This document shows positions 29,900-42,852 of a stretch of 64,000 nucleotides of DNA, in pieces. The DNA lies in NCBI GenBank assembly GCA_964016885.1, contig OZ024740.1:127410001-127474000 (forward strand), read 5' to 3'. This stretch comes from Eledone cirrhosa. Lineage: Eukaryota. The translations under genes were made by a program, and so were the position numbers. The notes beneath the pieces are model-generated. The model did no database searches, was not told where the DNA came from, and worked only from the letters and a program-made list of their open reading frames with translations. Position 1 is the stretch's first letter, and every line of letters starts with the position of its first letter.

Positions 29900-30920
29900 A
29901 CGTGAACTGTTGAAGTATAGAGGCGTGTTTTCATTCCTCCCTACTAAAGTTAGTAGCAAGCTACAAAGCTCCGATGCGTAACTGACCGTGTATATATATA
30001 TATATATAGCAACATACAACGCACTAACACGCAACCACAACCCCACCAAACTATCCAGGATTCTACTTTAAAACATAAAAATAATTGTAACTGCACCAAA
30101 CCAGGTACGTGCCCACTGAATAACCAGTGCCTAGCACGCAATATTGTCTACCGATGTACAATAAATTCCGGAACCAACAAATGGTATTACGTCGGATGTA
30201 CCGCAACTTCTTTCAAGGCTCGCCTATACCAACATCGATCTTCGATCAGGCACGAGAAAATGCGCTCCGTAACAACCCTCGCCGATAAAGCCTGGCAGCT
30301 TCGGAGGAACAATCAAACGTTCTCCCTTGATTGGCAAATGATTGCAGCTGCGCCTGCATATCAGCAAAATCATCGATTCTGCAAGTTATGCAATTTAGAG
30401 ATATACTGCATTTTAACGTCGGTAAACAAACTTTTGAACAGCAAAATTGAACGTTCTCTATACTGTAACCATCGTTTGAAAACGACTTTTTCTTTTTTTA
30501 AATGCATATAATGTTACCTTTTACACCACCGTTTGCAAATTTCTGTTTTATATGTTTATACACAGGATATGGCTTTCTATAATAATAGTACTAAACACTG
30601 TTTTTCTGGACCCTTTTAGAAATAACCTGCTACTATAATAGCCCTAATAACCTGTCTGTGACACTGTACCACTTTGACCCCTTTAACTAAATTTTGTCCG
30701 AATAACACCACTAGAAGAATTTACTTCCCCGCCAACCCTAACACGCCTCATTAAGCTAACTGCTGCCAAAACATTCTCTCCTCGCAATCTCTACTAGTCT
30801 GACAGTCTTAAATCCTAGGACTCCCTCCACCTTACTCACTTCCCTCTTCCCCTTCTCTTCCTACCTCCTTCTTTATCTTTTATCTAGTGTATAAAATATG
30901 TTCATATCATTTCAATACAA

Positions 30921-31037
30921 AGGTCTGATGACATGGTGTGTTTGCTTACAGTGTACCTTCGGTTTATGATAATATTTTTGTATTATTCAAATAGCGAGGT
31001 TTAGGTAACCCATACACTATAGAAACAATTGTTACCT
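30921..31037 (+). ncRNA. Type I hammerhead ribozyme with long stem II
   Basis: AGGT-CTGATGA-c-ATGGTGTG...TACACTAT-a-GAAA-CAATTG-TT-ACCT followed by AATAAA. Confidence 0.78.
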
Positions 31038-31080
31038 AATAAATTCTGTATACCCGCATTTCCATTTCGTAAACTTCTTC

Positions 31081-31143
<63 letters not shown>

Positions 31144-31213
31144 AACCACGTGTTTACTTACAAACAATAAGCACTTTTTTAACTACAAGCTTCCAATTTC
31201 TGCACAAAAAAAC

Positions 31214-31445
31214 ATGACGACTGACCAGCAGGCTTACAACAAACGAAATTGGTCAGACAATGAAATTGGCCTCTTAATAAGCGCATGGTTTTCTGTTTGC
31301 CAAAAGAGAAAACCTAGATGCTGCGTATCTGAATGATATTGCCGAAAACACGGCGCAAGTACTCAACACGCGGTCTGTTAAGCAGATACGCGGCAAACTA
31401 AAACATATCGCAGTCTCTTTGAAAATAATTCAGAGTAAATTTGAA
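31214..31445 (+). pseudogene. Myb/SANT-like (trihelix) DNA-binding domain relic, frameshifted; probably PIF/Harbinger-derived
   Basis: MTTDQQAYNKRNWSDNEIGLLISAWF, then after a frameshift KRENLDAAYLNDIAENTAQVLNTRSVKQIRGKLKHI. Confidence 0.6.
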
Positions 31446-31529
31446 AACCTTCGATATATCTTGTCCATTCGTTATAAAATATCAATTCATTTATGATAAA
31501 AACTGTATAAATATGATATTATTTACAGT

Positions 31530-31712
31530 AACAACAATGGTTTCTTATGTAGGCACAAGGCCAGCAATTTGGGGGCAGGAGAATGTCGACCCTCTAAGGA
31601 TGAAAGGCAAAGTTAACCTCGCGGGATTTGAACTCAGATCAAAAAGGGCCGTAAATATATGCTGCAAAGAATGGCTTCTGACCATCTACCGATACTGCTA
31701 TTGCACCGCCCT
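31530..31712 (-). mobile_element. tRNA-derived SINE (Octopus-type)
   Basis: B box GAGTTCAAATCC, AACTTTGCCTTTCATCC core, AATTGCTGGCCTTGTGCC tail. Confidence 0.82.
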
Positions 31713-32539
31713 TTAAAATAACAATAATAACAATGACAACTATAATGACGGCAATATTAAAAAAAGGGAAACAAATGAAAAGAAAGAATAGGGAAATATA
31801 GAGAAAGAAGAGAAAAGGTAAGAAGAAAAAGAACAGGAAGGGGAGGGGATGGCAAGAGCTCTGGTGGCACAGAAGAGAGGGGGATGGAGGGGGAGGTTAA
31901 CTGGGCTCTGGGCCTAGGGCAAGAGGGCAGAAGTGCTGTGCCCCGCGGACAAGATGGCAAAAGCATTCCTGCGGACGATAGCCTGTGACACCCGCTGCAA
32001 TAGCCACCCTTAAATCAAGAACAGCAATTAGAACAGGCATAGCAACAATAACAGGAAGAGCCACTCCAAAATGCCAGCATAATAGCTGATTTACTCAAAG
32101 ACAGTATCTCTTCACCACTCTCTCATTCACCACTTCACAGCAACAACCACAATTATCACCATCATCATCACCACCATCACCGCCATCGTCTTCTATCACT
32201 TCAACTCTTTATAATAAACCACTGCTTTCTTCTCCCACATCGCCATTTCAATCCTACTGTACTATAAATAACCTGTTTAAGCCAACACACATACCACAGT
32301 AAAAGCACCCCTTTCTGTAGTAATGCTTCTTCAGTCTTTTCACAAAGATACGAAAACAACAACAAAACCGGAAACAACAACAGTGCAATCACTCCTCCAG
32401 TCTAAAACTCCTCACTAAGCAAGAAAATTATTTTTTAGTCATGATTAACCTTGGAAAAGAGATACCAAAAACTTTTTAGCCATCACACAACACAATCCTA
32501 TGCTATTACCTCAGTGCACTAACTCCCCTCATTGCTGTC

Positions 32540-34010
32540 ACTAACATGCACACACAAAACAATTCCTCTGCAACAGTCACAACCAGCCACTACACTAGCC
32601 TCCACATTTCTACTCACGGTACATCAATGCCCAAAAATGGAAGGTCCAATTCATTGAGGATTGGGTTGGTAACCATCCAAACCACATCATTTTCTTCCTT
32701 CCTACTGAGATCCAAATTGACAACTCCCACTTGGAAGGCGAAGTGAAATTGAGAAATTTCACAACTATTCGCGCAGTTCGTGTTGACAGAAATAAAGGTG
32801 GGACTATCACTTTGCTGCATAATTCCTTTACGGCAGATGTATATATCACATGAATCAGTCACCGTGCACAACAAAGCCAATGACCTGATAGTAGATGAAC
32901 TCCCCAAAACTCATACTGCATTTTAATAAATTCCTCAACAGCATTAGGTCTTTTATTCAACAGTACTATTCTAGTAACATATTTATGATGGGGGACTTTA
33001 ATCTGCCCTGTGTTGATTGATCTCCAAACAGTTTCAAACCAGGCAGTCCCACCTCAAAAGCTGACAAAGAAGCAATAGTATCACTTCTCGACTTTATGAA
33101 TGAGTTTTCTTGTCCCAACTTGTGCTTTCAACAACAAGATATCAAAAGAACATTTTGGACCTAGTGTTTAGTAACCACATTCACACTATACATACTATTA
33201 CAGTGGAAAAAAAACCTTCTTTCAGAGCATGATATGGTTCTCTGCAACCTGAGATTCCACCAGCCGAAAGCTAATCTCCAGCTCACCAATTGATAACATG
33301 GATCTCTATAAGGCCAATTGGGATGCAATCATGAACGAGCTATCATATGTTGACTGGTCTTTCACGCACACACACACACACGTCTCAACCAACATTAAAA
33401 CATATTGACAAATCTTTGTAGACACTGACACAAACATATGTGCACAGCCCACTAAGACCCGTGAACAAAACTAAGTGCAGAATCCCGGAAAACAAAAGGA
33501 ACTATTATCAAAAAATAAAAAAAAAAGCAAACAAACAAATTTACAAACTAAAATACTGTCAACAGCAACACACACATTCGAAGGCTATCGCACTGCTCGA
33601 ATCATAAAAATATAGTCTCCAAACAGCATGAAGACCATCATCAATAACCAGCTGAGGAGAAATGGGCCATTGAGAAAATCAAACTCAATCCCAAAGTTTT
33701 CTTCTCATTTGCGAAAAAACACAAAGTCACTGTTTCCATTGTTAGCCCTCTAATTGGTGAAAATAGCACTCGCCAAGATAATGCCAAAACCATGGGTGAC
33801 ATACTGCAGAAACAATACTCATCTGTTTTCAGCAAAGCTGATATAGCCGATCTTGGTTGTATAAGTGACGTTCATCCCAAACAGACTTTATCGGACATAA
33901 GGTTTGAAGCCCCGGGGACTTAGCGGCAATAAACACAATTCAGCAGTAGGCCCTGATAAGTTCACTACTTGTGTCCTGAAGGTGTGTCGACAACGACTTG
34001 CATTGTTCTG
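32540..34010 (+). pseudogene. Degenerate CR1-type LINE ORF2 N-terminal half (APE + linker), lacking RT core and 3' end
   Basis: RNKGGTITLLHN, IFMMGDFNLPCVD, NILDLVFSN, LYKANWDAI, IKLNPKVFFSF, ILQKQYSSVFS, GPDKF. Confidence 0.8.
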
Positions 34011-34063
34011 ATTTAATGCCACTACTATATATAGAAGCCATGCTTGTGTATATCCTTCATTCT

Positions 34064-34180
34064 CGCATGATCTGATGAATAGACTGCTTATAACAAAGAA
34101 TTGGTGATCGATTGACGCAAAAACAGGCGGGTAGCGATCACTAGACCTACCAGTTCAGAGAAACAATTGTCAGCAATGTG
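34064..34180 (+). ncRNA. Type I hammerhead ribozyme with long stem II in ORF-less module 34020-34400
   Basis: CGCATGAT-CTGATGA-..GACTG...CAGTT..-GAAA-CAATTG-TC-AGCAATGTG then AATAAA. Stem I imperfect, GUC site. Confidence 0.65.
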
Positions 34181-36577
34181 AATAAAGCCCTTATTGTATA
34201 GCAAACCATGTCACTCTTCTTTCTTGATTTAGTATTACTCCAAGTGTAAACTACATAAAAATCACCGCGTACTCGCCACATCACTATGGAAACGTCTTGT
34301 TGAGTCAAACTTAGCCCAGCGTTAGTACTATCCACTACTCGGAGTACCCTAACTGGACTACATCTAAGTGGACCACCTTTAACAATAATTTGTTATCCCG
34401 TATATATATATTTATATATATACTCGATTTCATGTAAACGTCAACCATAGCATGCTTAATTTTTGTATTTGATTTTTTTTCTTAATGTTTTATACTTTCT
34501 CTAGCACTTATATTTTCTTTCAAAGCAACGTTATAAGTATTGTCCCCTAAAGTACTACCCCGGGGCCTTAAAAGGCTTACTTGACATCAAGCAAGCTGAC
34601 AACCTGGCCAGTCCACCACTGACCATGAGCATTAGTAAATCTTTTGTGTATTTACGATATATACCAATTGAAAGTAGACATTGACATATTATCTCACGAA
34701 AACTCTTAATGCATGGCTTAATATAACCTATTGAAAACTTTAATGTTTTTTAACATCTGCATGATTAACACACTTAAACTTTTACTTTGTTTGTCCACTA
34801 ACTATGTCCATAAGTTCAAGCTCTTGCTTTACATCTTTCGTATGATGATTCCTATGTAATTCTTGCATTCCTTTTTGATGTTAAACACATTATTGATTGT
34901 TCTAATTCCTGAAGTGATACAGCATGAAGTAAAGCGACTATGTTGAGTTAATTAACTAACATTTCTTCTGGTTTCTCTATTATTGATATATAATATCTAG
35001 CTGTAATGAAACGTTCGTAGATATATAAATAAATAATAATTTTAATCCTTTGTTTTACTGAATTTTTTTTATATTACATTTTGTTTTATATTAGAGAGAT
35101 ATGGTTTATGCCTCCGTGGTTATGTATGTATTTAGATATATTTATTTGTGTGTGCACGAACCATGGCAAGATTATTATCATGTACATCAAGCTGATCCTA
35201 CATAAGGGTTTGTTCAACTTTACAAAATATATATGGAATACGATGGCCCAGATATTTAAACCATAATAGTATGTGTTAAGTTAGTTGAAGAACCGGAATA
35301 ATCATATTTAAAACCAACGGATGATCCTATTATTTATTTACGTAGATGTTGGAATACGTTTCCAAAAGCATGCAATTGTTACGTTTTTTTTTTCAGGACG
35401 CCAGATTATAAATCATACTTTCTGCAAACAATACCAGATCCTAAAGTAGTATACTGATTTGCAAGGAGAAGCAAAACGAAACTACTCGAAATAAAATACC
35501 TCTGAAATCTTGTGGATGAATTTTGTAATAGATCACATTACTTTCAATGATAACTGATGCCATTGTTACAAAAATACCTAACACCAACACCGACATATTC
35601 ATATCTATCCATTACTGCTATGAACAATGACTCTAGTAGAACCACACTCTTCACAGCCACTTCTCATAACAGTAATTCCATCAGTACCATAGCTCTAATC
35701 ACTAATTTTATCACCACCATCACTAATAAAATAATGAGTATTAGAATATAATCAATGAATATTCTTTGGAACATTCGAACAGAAAAAAAAAAACAATACA
35801 AAATATTACAAGCATGCTGCCAGAAAACGAACAGTAGTGTGCTTTTAAATAATTAATGTTGATAATGATAATTGATCTCAGAAATCAATAATAATTAGAA
35901 TATATTTAAACATAATTCATTAAATAAACCTATACATATAAAGACTATCACACTTCTTTGTCTGACGACACGTTTTATTGAGGGAAGTAACAATTTACTG
36001 CCACGAGGAATACGATGGATAGAAAGATAAATATGTATAAATACGCTTATACACAAGCCCACCCACACGCATGTTTGTGTGTGTGTGTGTGTGTGTCTGC
36101 GCATGTATGTGTGTGTTAGTGGACATTAATCAAACCAGAGATATTAGACATTAAAAAAAACTACCGAATTTCAACAAAATCTAATATAGAAATATTTTAT
36201 TTGCCATAAATATCGAGAGTCGAGAGCATTATTTAACTATAAAACTATTATAAGATATCTACAGCAGAACTACAATATATGGTAGTTAACAATTGCAAGC
36301 TAATAAAATACGAACAAAACAAAAACTTTTATGCAATCTACAAAGAAGCGAAAATTATAAAGCAAAATAACCGAAGGTAAAAAAAATAAAATAAACAGCA
36401 GAACATAAATTGTGAAATTATAAACTTAAATAAGATTGTAAAGTGCCATGAGAAAGGGATTTCAGGGTAAAATCCTACATAACTAATAAACCTGTGAATT
36501 ATTATATGAGGGTGCTCGTTAACAAAAGCAGTGCATCATAGATTGGCAGTATTTTAATCGGATATAAATAAATGGTC

Positions 36578-36705
36578 TGAGGTAGCGAATTGGCAGAGTT
36601 AGTTCCGTCTCTCTGTTCCCTGAGTTCAAATCCAGCCATGGTTAAATTTGTCTTAAATACTTTCAAGGTTCAAAAAAAAAAAATTGGCAGGTTTGTACTG
36701 GAATC
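36578..36705 (+). mobile_element. Short degenerate tRNA-derived SINE
   Basis: TGGCAGAGTTAGT A box and GAGTTCAAATCC B box. Confidence 0.6.
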
Positions 36706-37015
36706 AATTCCTCCTCTATAACTCATTCTCATGTTATATCCTTCTCATAGTCGCAGAGTTAATTTGATTGTCACATTACTGCTTGATACGCCACAAGTTA
36801 GCTTCAACGTGAATATAATATTTTAACAAATCTATATATGAGAAATTCTGTGTATATAAGAAATATAAAATCCTGGAAATATCCGTTGATATTCCAGTGC
36901 GCATGTGATATGTAAGGAGTTAATACCGAAGAATATCTTAGATAGAGCACCCTTGTTCAGGGGTCACCAACGGAATTGATTTAAAAAGAGTACTGCGTGA
37001 AGGAATTCTGAAATT

Positions 37016-37207
37016 AATAATTGTTTCTACTTTTTGGCAGAAGGTCAGCAATTATCACAGTGTATTACAGGTACTTTATTTTATCGACCCCGTAAGGATG
37101 AAAGGCAAAGTTAACCTCGGCGGGATTTGAACTCAGTCCGTAAAGGGACGTAACTGTGCTGGAAAGAATGGCGTCGACCCTCTACCAATACAGCCAATCC
37201 ACCGCCC
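37016..37207 (-). mobile_element. tRNA-derived SINE (Octopus-type)
   Basis: GGCGGTGGATTGGC...GAGTTCAAATCCCGCCGAGGTTAACTTTGCCTTTCATCCTTACGGGGTCGATAAAATAAAGTACC. Confidence 0.88.
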
Positions 37208-37317
37208 TTTATGATATATAATATTATTTTTTCTTTCACATTGTTTTTCATATTTTCTTATTCAGTATGTATATGTATATATGTAGGTATGTACATGTAT
37301 GTATATATAGGTATACA

Positions 37318-38262
37318 TACAGCTGCCGGCGGGACAAACGTGACTGGCTGGAGAAAAAGGGTGCTGAGGCAGAGGAAGCTGCTGGTCGAAATGACACAAA
37401 AGCACTATTCAGCATCGTGAGGGAGTTGACAAGAATATCGAGCTGTGCCAGCATGCCAGTGAAGGTCTAAAATAGCAAGACGTTGACCACTGGAGCGGAA
37501 TAGGAGCAGAGATGGATGGAACACATCCGGAAGACACTGAACCAGCCAAATTCGGTCTCCCTGATAGGCTTGACCGCATAGACTCCAGCAGCCACTGACG
37601 TACTCAAAGTCTGTGAGGACCATATCACCAAGCAAGAGACGAGATATGCGATTAGCCACTTGAGGAACGGAAAAAGAGGCAGACTGGATGAGGTCTCTGC
37701 TGAGCTGCTAAAATTCGGTGTGGAGAGCACGATAACGTCGTTGACAGACATGATGAACCACTGCTGAAGGGTTGGTCGGGTTCCCTTTGAGTTGCAGCGC
37801 GGTCAAACTGCCGAAGAAGGGAAACCTGGCAGACTGCAACAACTGGCGTGGTATCACATTGCTGTCTGTTCCAGGCAAGGCGTTCTTCATTGTGCTGCTG
37901 TGTCGACTCCTGCAGGCTGTCGACTCTGTGTTCCGGGAGGAACATGCCGGCTTCCAAAAAAATCGACCTTGCACGGAGCAGATTTTACACTACGCAACAT
38001 TCTCGAACAATGCGTTGAGCTACAACAGACTTTGGCGGTCAATTTTATTGATTTCCAGAAGGCATTCGACAGTGTACACCGGGAGTCGCTGTGGAATGTT
38101 GCGCAACTGTACGGCATTCCTGCAAGATTTATCATCATTTTCAAGGCCCTGTATGAAAACTCCAGCTGCTGCGTGTGGACTGAGTCCGGTGTGACGGAGT
38201 ACTTTGACATTGTCTCCGGAATCAGACAGGGTTGCATTCTCTCGTCACTGTTGTTCCTGCTT
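37318..38262 (+). pseudogene. RTE-clade LINE internal RT fragment
   Basis: RRDKRDWLEKK..EAEEAA, KLPKKGNLADCNNWRGITLLSVPGK, NFIDFQKAFDSVHRESLW, GIRQGCILSSLLF. Stops before YADD. Confidence 0.9.
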
Positions 38263-38290
38263 ATTTCGTACTAAGACGAATGGATGAAGG

Positions 38291-40555
38291 ATGCGGTCGA
38301 GCAATCCCACGGAGAGGGCAATCGAGGCTGAGGGACCTAGCATTCGCCGCCGACAACTTGGGATGAAACCTGTAGAAGGCTTGGTTAGCCTCAAGCAGCG
38401 CACAAGGGATGGTGAGGTAGTGTGTCTACCCACAGATAAGTCTGGTAGGATGTCAATAGATAGCATGCCGAACTACATCGAGGCAATGCAACCCCACATC
38501 ACCAACACGAGCGAAGTTGCACAACTAACACACGATGGGAGAGAAAAAATCCTCAACGCTCACATGATGATGTGGACTGACATCCTAAAGCCAAGCAGAC
38601 GCACTGCCAACAACTTCCAGGCGTCTAACAATGGCATACCACCCTTGTATGGGCTCCGCAAAGACCACAAGACAGTCGACGACCCGACAACAGGACCACC
38701 AACAAGACCCGTATGCGGAGCTAATATAGCTAGCAACTACAGGATCTCCTACTTCCTCTCAATGGTTATACGTCCCATAATCAAGATGTCCCCAGATGTA
38801 TGTGAAAGTACAGAGGACTTCCTCAGCAGAATCAGTGAGTGCAACAAAAACAGGAGCCTATCCAACTGCATAATAGGCAGCATGGATGTGGTGTCACTGT
38901 ACCCATCCATTAACATTGATTTTGCTGTGAAAAGATGTGTGGAGATGATCATTGAGAGTGAGGTGGAGTTCTGCGACGTCGACACAGACGAACTGGGCCT
39001 CCTACTTAGACTTACCTACGACACTGACTACCTAGACAGCCATGACCTTAGATGTTTCTGCCCTAGTAGACCTATAAGAGGTAGACCCCCCACCATAACC
39101 TCAATGGCTAAAAAGACTCCCATAGGAAGGTGGATTGGGTGGACCAAAGCTATACGGACCCCCCAAAACACTGATCAGGTAAGAAAAATGGTCGCACATG
39201 CAATAGGGGCTAGTATCAAAACTACCCTAAAGGGCCACATATTTAAGTTCAATGAGAAAATCTACACCCAAAATGAGGGAGCAGCCATCGGCGTCAGCAT
39301 AGCTGGTGATGTTGCCAACCTTTTCATGGTATGGTGGGAAAGGAGACTTAAAGATCTCCTTAATGAAAGCTCCATTGACCTCATCATGTACTCTCGTTAT
39401 GTAGACGATATCAATATAGTTATAAGAACACCCCCACTAGAGAGCACTAACAAGTTTGATTTAGAACGTAGCACGATGGAAAGCATCCAGCAGATAGCTA
39501 ATTCCATACACCAGAGTATAACTGTAACTATAGACTTCCCTTCCAAACACCCTAACAATAGACTACCTGTATTAGACACAGAACTCTGGATTAACACTAT
39601 AGACGAGAGAGCCCAAATACTCCACTCACACTATGCTAAACCCATGGCCTCCAAATACCTGATACTCAAAAACTCAGCAATGTCCAGTAGTGCTAAGTTT
39701 AATATTCTGATCGCAGATTTGGTACGAGTGATGAAGAATGTGTCCAGCATGTGCGACCCAACAGAAATGGAAGGACACATCCAACACTTCATCAACCGCA
39801 TGCAGTTCTCTGGCTACAACCAAAGAGACAGAGTCAGAGTATACGAAGGAGCCATGGAAAAGTATAAGACCCTCATAGAACTGGACATGAAAGGAATTTG
39901 CCCACTATACAGGAGCAAATCATGGAATAGCTTAGATAGGGCTAGACATAAGATAGGGAAGGCCACATCATGGTACGACAACCAGAGATATCAGAGTGTC
40001 ATGTTTGTGGACGCCACCCCTGGAGGGAAATTAGCTAACCAGTGTAGAAAGGCCCTGAGAAAGACCCACTTAAAAATAAAGGTGGTAGAAAAGCCAGGAA
40101 CCACCATAAAATCCCTGATCAGCAAAACCTACCCTTTTAAGAAAACCCACTGTACCAATAGGAAATGTATCATATGTAAGGTGAACCCCCGGATAAACTG
40201 TAAAACTAGAAACGTAGTCTATAGCATAAGATGTACAGAGGGTACTTGCAGAAACATGACAACAACATACATAGGTGAGACAGCTCGTAGCATAGGTGAA
40301 AGGATAGACCAACACTGGGGGGAACTAAAAGGACGAAAAAACGGGTCAGTACTATACGAACATGCTAGACAACAACATGACGGTAACATAGACAACATAG
40401 AAATTAGAATAATATCTAAACATAGGAATGACCCAGCAGATAGGCAAATCAGAGAGGCCAGTGAAATAGAAATTAGAAGACCAAAGCTAAACAGAAAGAA
40501 TGAGTGGAACAACAACAACACCCAAACAAACAACACTGACCTAAGAGAAGTATAA
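38291..40555 (+). CDS. Penelope-like element RT + Cys linker + GIY-YIG endonuclease (Neptune-type architecture), uninterrupted 754 aa, probably 5'-truncated
   Basis: PTDKSGR, LYGLRKDHK, SMDVVSLYPSI, QNEGAAIG, YSRYVDD, LPVLD, CTNRKCIIC..C, VVYSIRC..YIGETARSIGERIDQH, RQIREA..I..RPKLN. Confidence 0.95.
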   Translation: MRSSNPTERAIEAEGPSIRRRQLGMKPVEGLVSLKQRTRDGEVVCLPTDKSGRMSIDSMPNYIEAMQPHITNTSEVAQLTHDGREKILNAHMMMWTDILKPSRRTANNFQASNNGIPPLYGLRKDHKTVDDPTTGPPTRPVCGANIASNYRISYFLSMVIRPIIKMSPDVCESTEDFLSRISECNKNRSLSNCIIGSMDVVSLYPSINIDFAVKRCVEMIIESEVEFCDVDTDELGLLLRLTYDTDYLDSHDLRCFCPSRPIRGRPPTITSMAKKTPIGRWIGWTKAIRTPQNTDQVRKMVAHAIGASIKTTLKGHIFKFNEKIYTQNEGAAIGVSIAGDVANLFMVWWERRLKDLLNESSIDLIMYSRYVDDINIVIRTPPLESTNKFDLERSTMESIQQIANSIHQSITVTIDFPSKHPNNRLPVLDTELWINTIDERAQILHSHYAKPMASKYLILKNSAMSSSAKFNILIADLVRVMKNVSSMCDPTEMEGHIQHFINRMQFSGYNQRDRVRVYEGAMEKYKTLIELDMKGICPLYRSKSWNSLDRARHKIGKATSWYDNQRYQSVMFVDATPGGKLANQCRKALRKTHLKIKVVEKPGTTIKSLISKTYPFKKTHCTNRKCIICKVNPRINCKTRNVVYSIRCTEGTCRNMTTTYIGETARSIGERIDQHWGELKGRKNGSVLYEHARQQHDGNIDNIEIRIISKHRNDPADRQIREASEIEIRRPKLNRKNEWNNNNTQTNNTDLREV

Positions 40556-41120
40556 ATAAGTAAATAAAATTAAATAAAATAAGATAAATAAATACATACA
40601 CAAGCACAATAACAACAAGCACATAAACACACACTAGTCACCCAGCAGACACAACACTATACACACTAGTCACACATCACACATAACACTATACACACAC
40701 GCAAACGCATGCGCAAAGAAGACAAAATAAAATAAGATAAACAAACAAGCAAATAAATAAATAAATATATAGACAAAAAAAAAAATGGCGTAGACATACA
40801 ACACAACAGGAGGAACAATGAATATAACACCACTGACGATGTTGCAGATGTGCAACGAAAGATTTATGTAAATTATGTAAACTATATATATGTGTTTGTG
40901 TCTATATTGTATCTGTATTATTTTTGACCGCCGGTCAGTCAATGGCAACTTGAGGACCGAGTAAGTTAGATCGCAGATATAAAAGACAGCGAGAAGCGAA
41001 AACCAACCAAACAGTGAGTGTGTTCTGTTATTAATTCTGGCAATATTACGCAAATATGACCCTCCCCAAATATAACACGATTTCATATAAAAAACCTCGC
41101 AAAACTAATTCATCGCCGTT
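40556..41120 (+). mobile_element. 3' pLTR of the Neptune-type PLE with hammerhead-like motif at 40831-40868
   Basis: CTGACGA-t-GTTGCA(gatg)TGCAAC-GAAA-GATT-TA-tg with weak stem I. Ends in (TA)n. Confidence 0.7.
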
Positions 41121-41129
41121 ATATATATA

Positions 41130-41179
<50 letters not shown>

Positions 41180-41187
41180 ATAGAAGG

Positions 41188-41238
41188 AGCTTCTACAGGA
41201 CTAGTACTGTTTCATTCAGATGAAATCTTCAGGAAGCT
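41188..41238 (-). ncRNA. Type I hammerhead ribozyme (inverted pLTR copy)
   Basis: Reverse complement of 43947-43997. Confidence 0.85.
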
Positions 41239-42619
41239 GGGTGTCATATTAAGTTCTGGTATTTATACATTTAGGTAGTGGCAAGGGAGGGGTGGTGGAT
41301 GGGGGGGATGGTATTTAGATACACAGGACCACTTCATGGCACAGGCCGTTTTTTCTATGGGGAGTGGTCAATCAGCCAGAGTGCTTTTTTGAAATAAATA
41401 AATAAGTAAATAAATAAATAAATGAATAAATAAATAGATAAATGAATAAATAAATAAAATAAATAAAGAAATAAATAAAAAATAAATAAATAAAAAAGCC
41501 CATCCAGCAACCGATAGCAACTGCAATTGCCCTGATAAGACGACCTGCCCTCTCAACAACAACTGTCTAAAAAAAGATCTCGTGTACATATGCGATGTAC
41601 TCTAGGGCCCCGATGAAAAAAGAAACTCGTACATCGGGATGACTTCTAATAGTTTTAAGACTCGCTGGTACGCCCACATACATTCGTTCCGGCGCCCAGA
41701 CAAATCTAACCAAACTACTCTCGCTGCCCACATCTGGCACCTAAAAAGGAACTCCATCCCCTTCAAGACCCAATGGAGACTACTCCAGAGAGCGCGATCA
41801 TACACGGGAGGCCATAATTGCTGTGACCTCTGTATCTCCGAGAGCTATGAGATTCTATTCGCCAAAGGCCCTCTCCTCAACAAGATCTCGGAACACTCCC
41901 CTAATTGCATGCACAAGAACTATGCAAATTACAAAATCTACAGACCCCCCCGGACCCCGACTGACCCCCCCCCCTCATATCACCCCCCACCTCAGCCCCC
42001 CTTCCCATTTCCGTTCCTCCATCTCTCATTATTACCCTCTTTCCTCCCCTCTATCTCTCATTATTACCTTCTTTCCTCCCCTCCAGGTCTTATATATTGT
42101 GTTGTATGCCTCTGAGTAAAGTTCCGTGGCCGCACACACAAATTCACGTATATGCCTGCTCATGTTTGCATACGTGCAGTTATGAACTGCTGCACGCACA
42201 CGTTCATGATTTATTTATCTATTTAACTTGTATATTTATTTAGTTATTTATTTATTTATTTATTTAGTTACTTTATTTACTTATTTATTTATTTATCCAT
42301 TTATTTATTTACTTGTTTATTTATTTGCTTATTTACTGGTTTATTTGTTTATCTGCTTGTTTGTTTGTTCGTTTGTTAGTTAACTCTTTCATTTATTTAT
42401 TTATTTATTAATTTATGAGTGAATGATTAGGTATTGAATAGATAAAGGATAAAAGATAGGTAACGAATAGTGAATGGTAAATAGTAAGTAATAAATAATA
42501 AATAGTAATTAATTACTTGATGATACTATTAATAACTTAATAGTGACATTAATTATTTTAATCCTCTATCAGGCCCAGTTTAAAATTTAAAATTTAAAAT
42601 TTGTCCCACTACCTTTATA

Positions 42620-42776
42620 TTATAGACACATGTATGAGTGCGAACGAGTTCTTGTTTGTACATATGCGTTTGTGTACTTATTTGTATGTATGTGTATGTA
42701 TGCGTGTTTGCTTGTAAATGTGTATGCGTGTGTATGTATATACGTATATATATGTGTGTGTGTATGTATATGTATG

Positions 42777-42852
<76 letters not shown>

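Larger units (their letters stand above)
28990..31085 (+). mobile_element. Degenerate Penelope-like element (thumb 28990-29580, GIY-YIG 30075-30510, 3' pLTR), interrupted at 29590-30010
   Basis: RISNLSSNKITFD, RIWFCPTLSLNV, CPLNNQCLARNIVYRC, YVGCTATSFKARLYQH, CKLCNLE. Ends in (TA)n. Confidence 0.85.

Noticed and set aside
36578-36640. A/B boxes suggesting a tRNA gene
   Set aside because: No cloverleaf. It matches the SINE head seen elsewhere in the window.
34420-37000. Repeat-poor AT-rich stretch as a possible host exon region (also 25050-26200)
   Set aside because: No convincing ORF, splice-bounded exon or protein motif is visible.
38291-40555. Possible selenocysteine-type PLE or N-terminal endonuclease (Naiad-like) architecture
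   Set aside because: No in-frame TGA in the ORF and the GIY-YIG domain is C-terminal.
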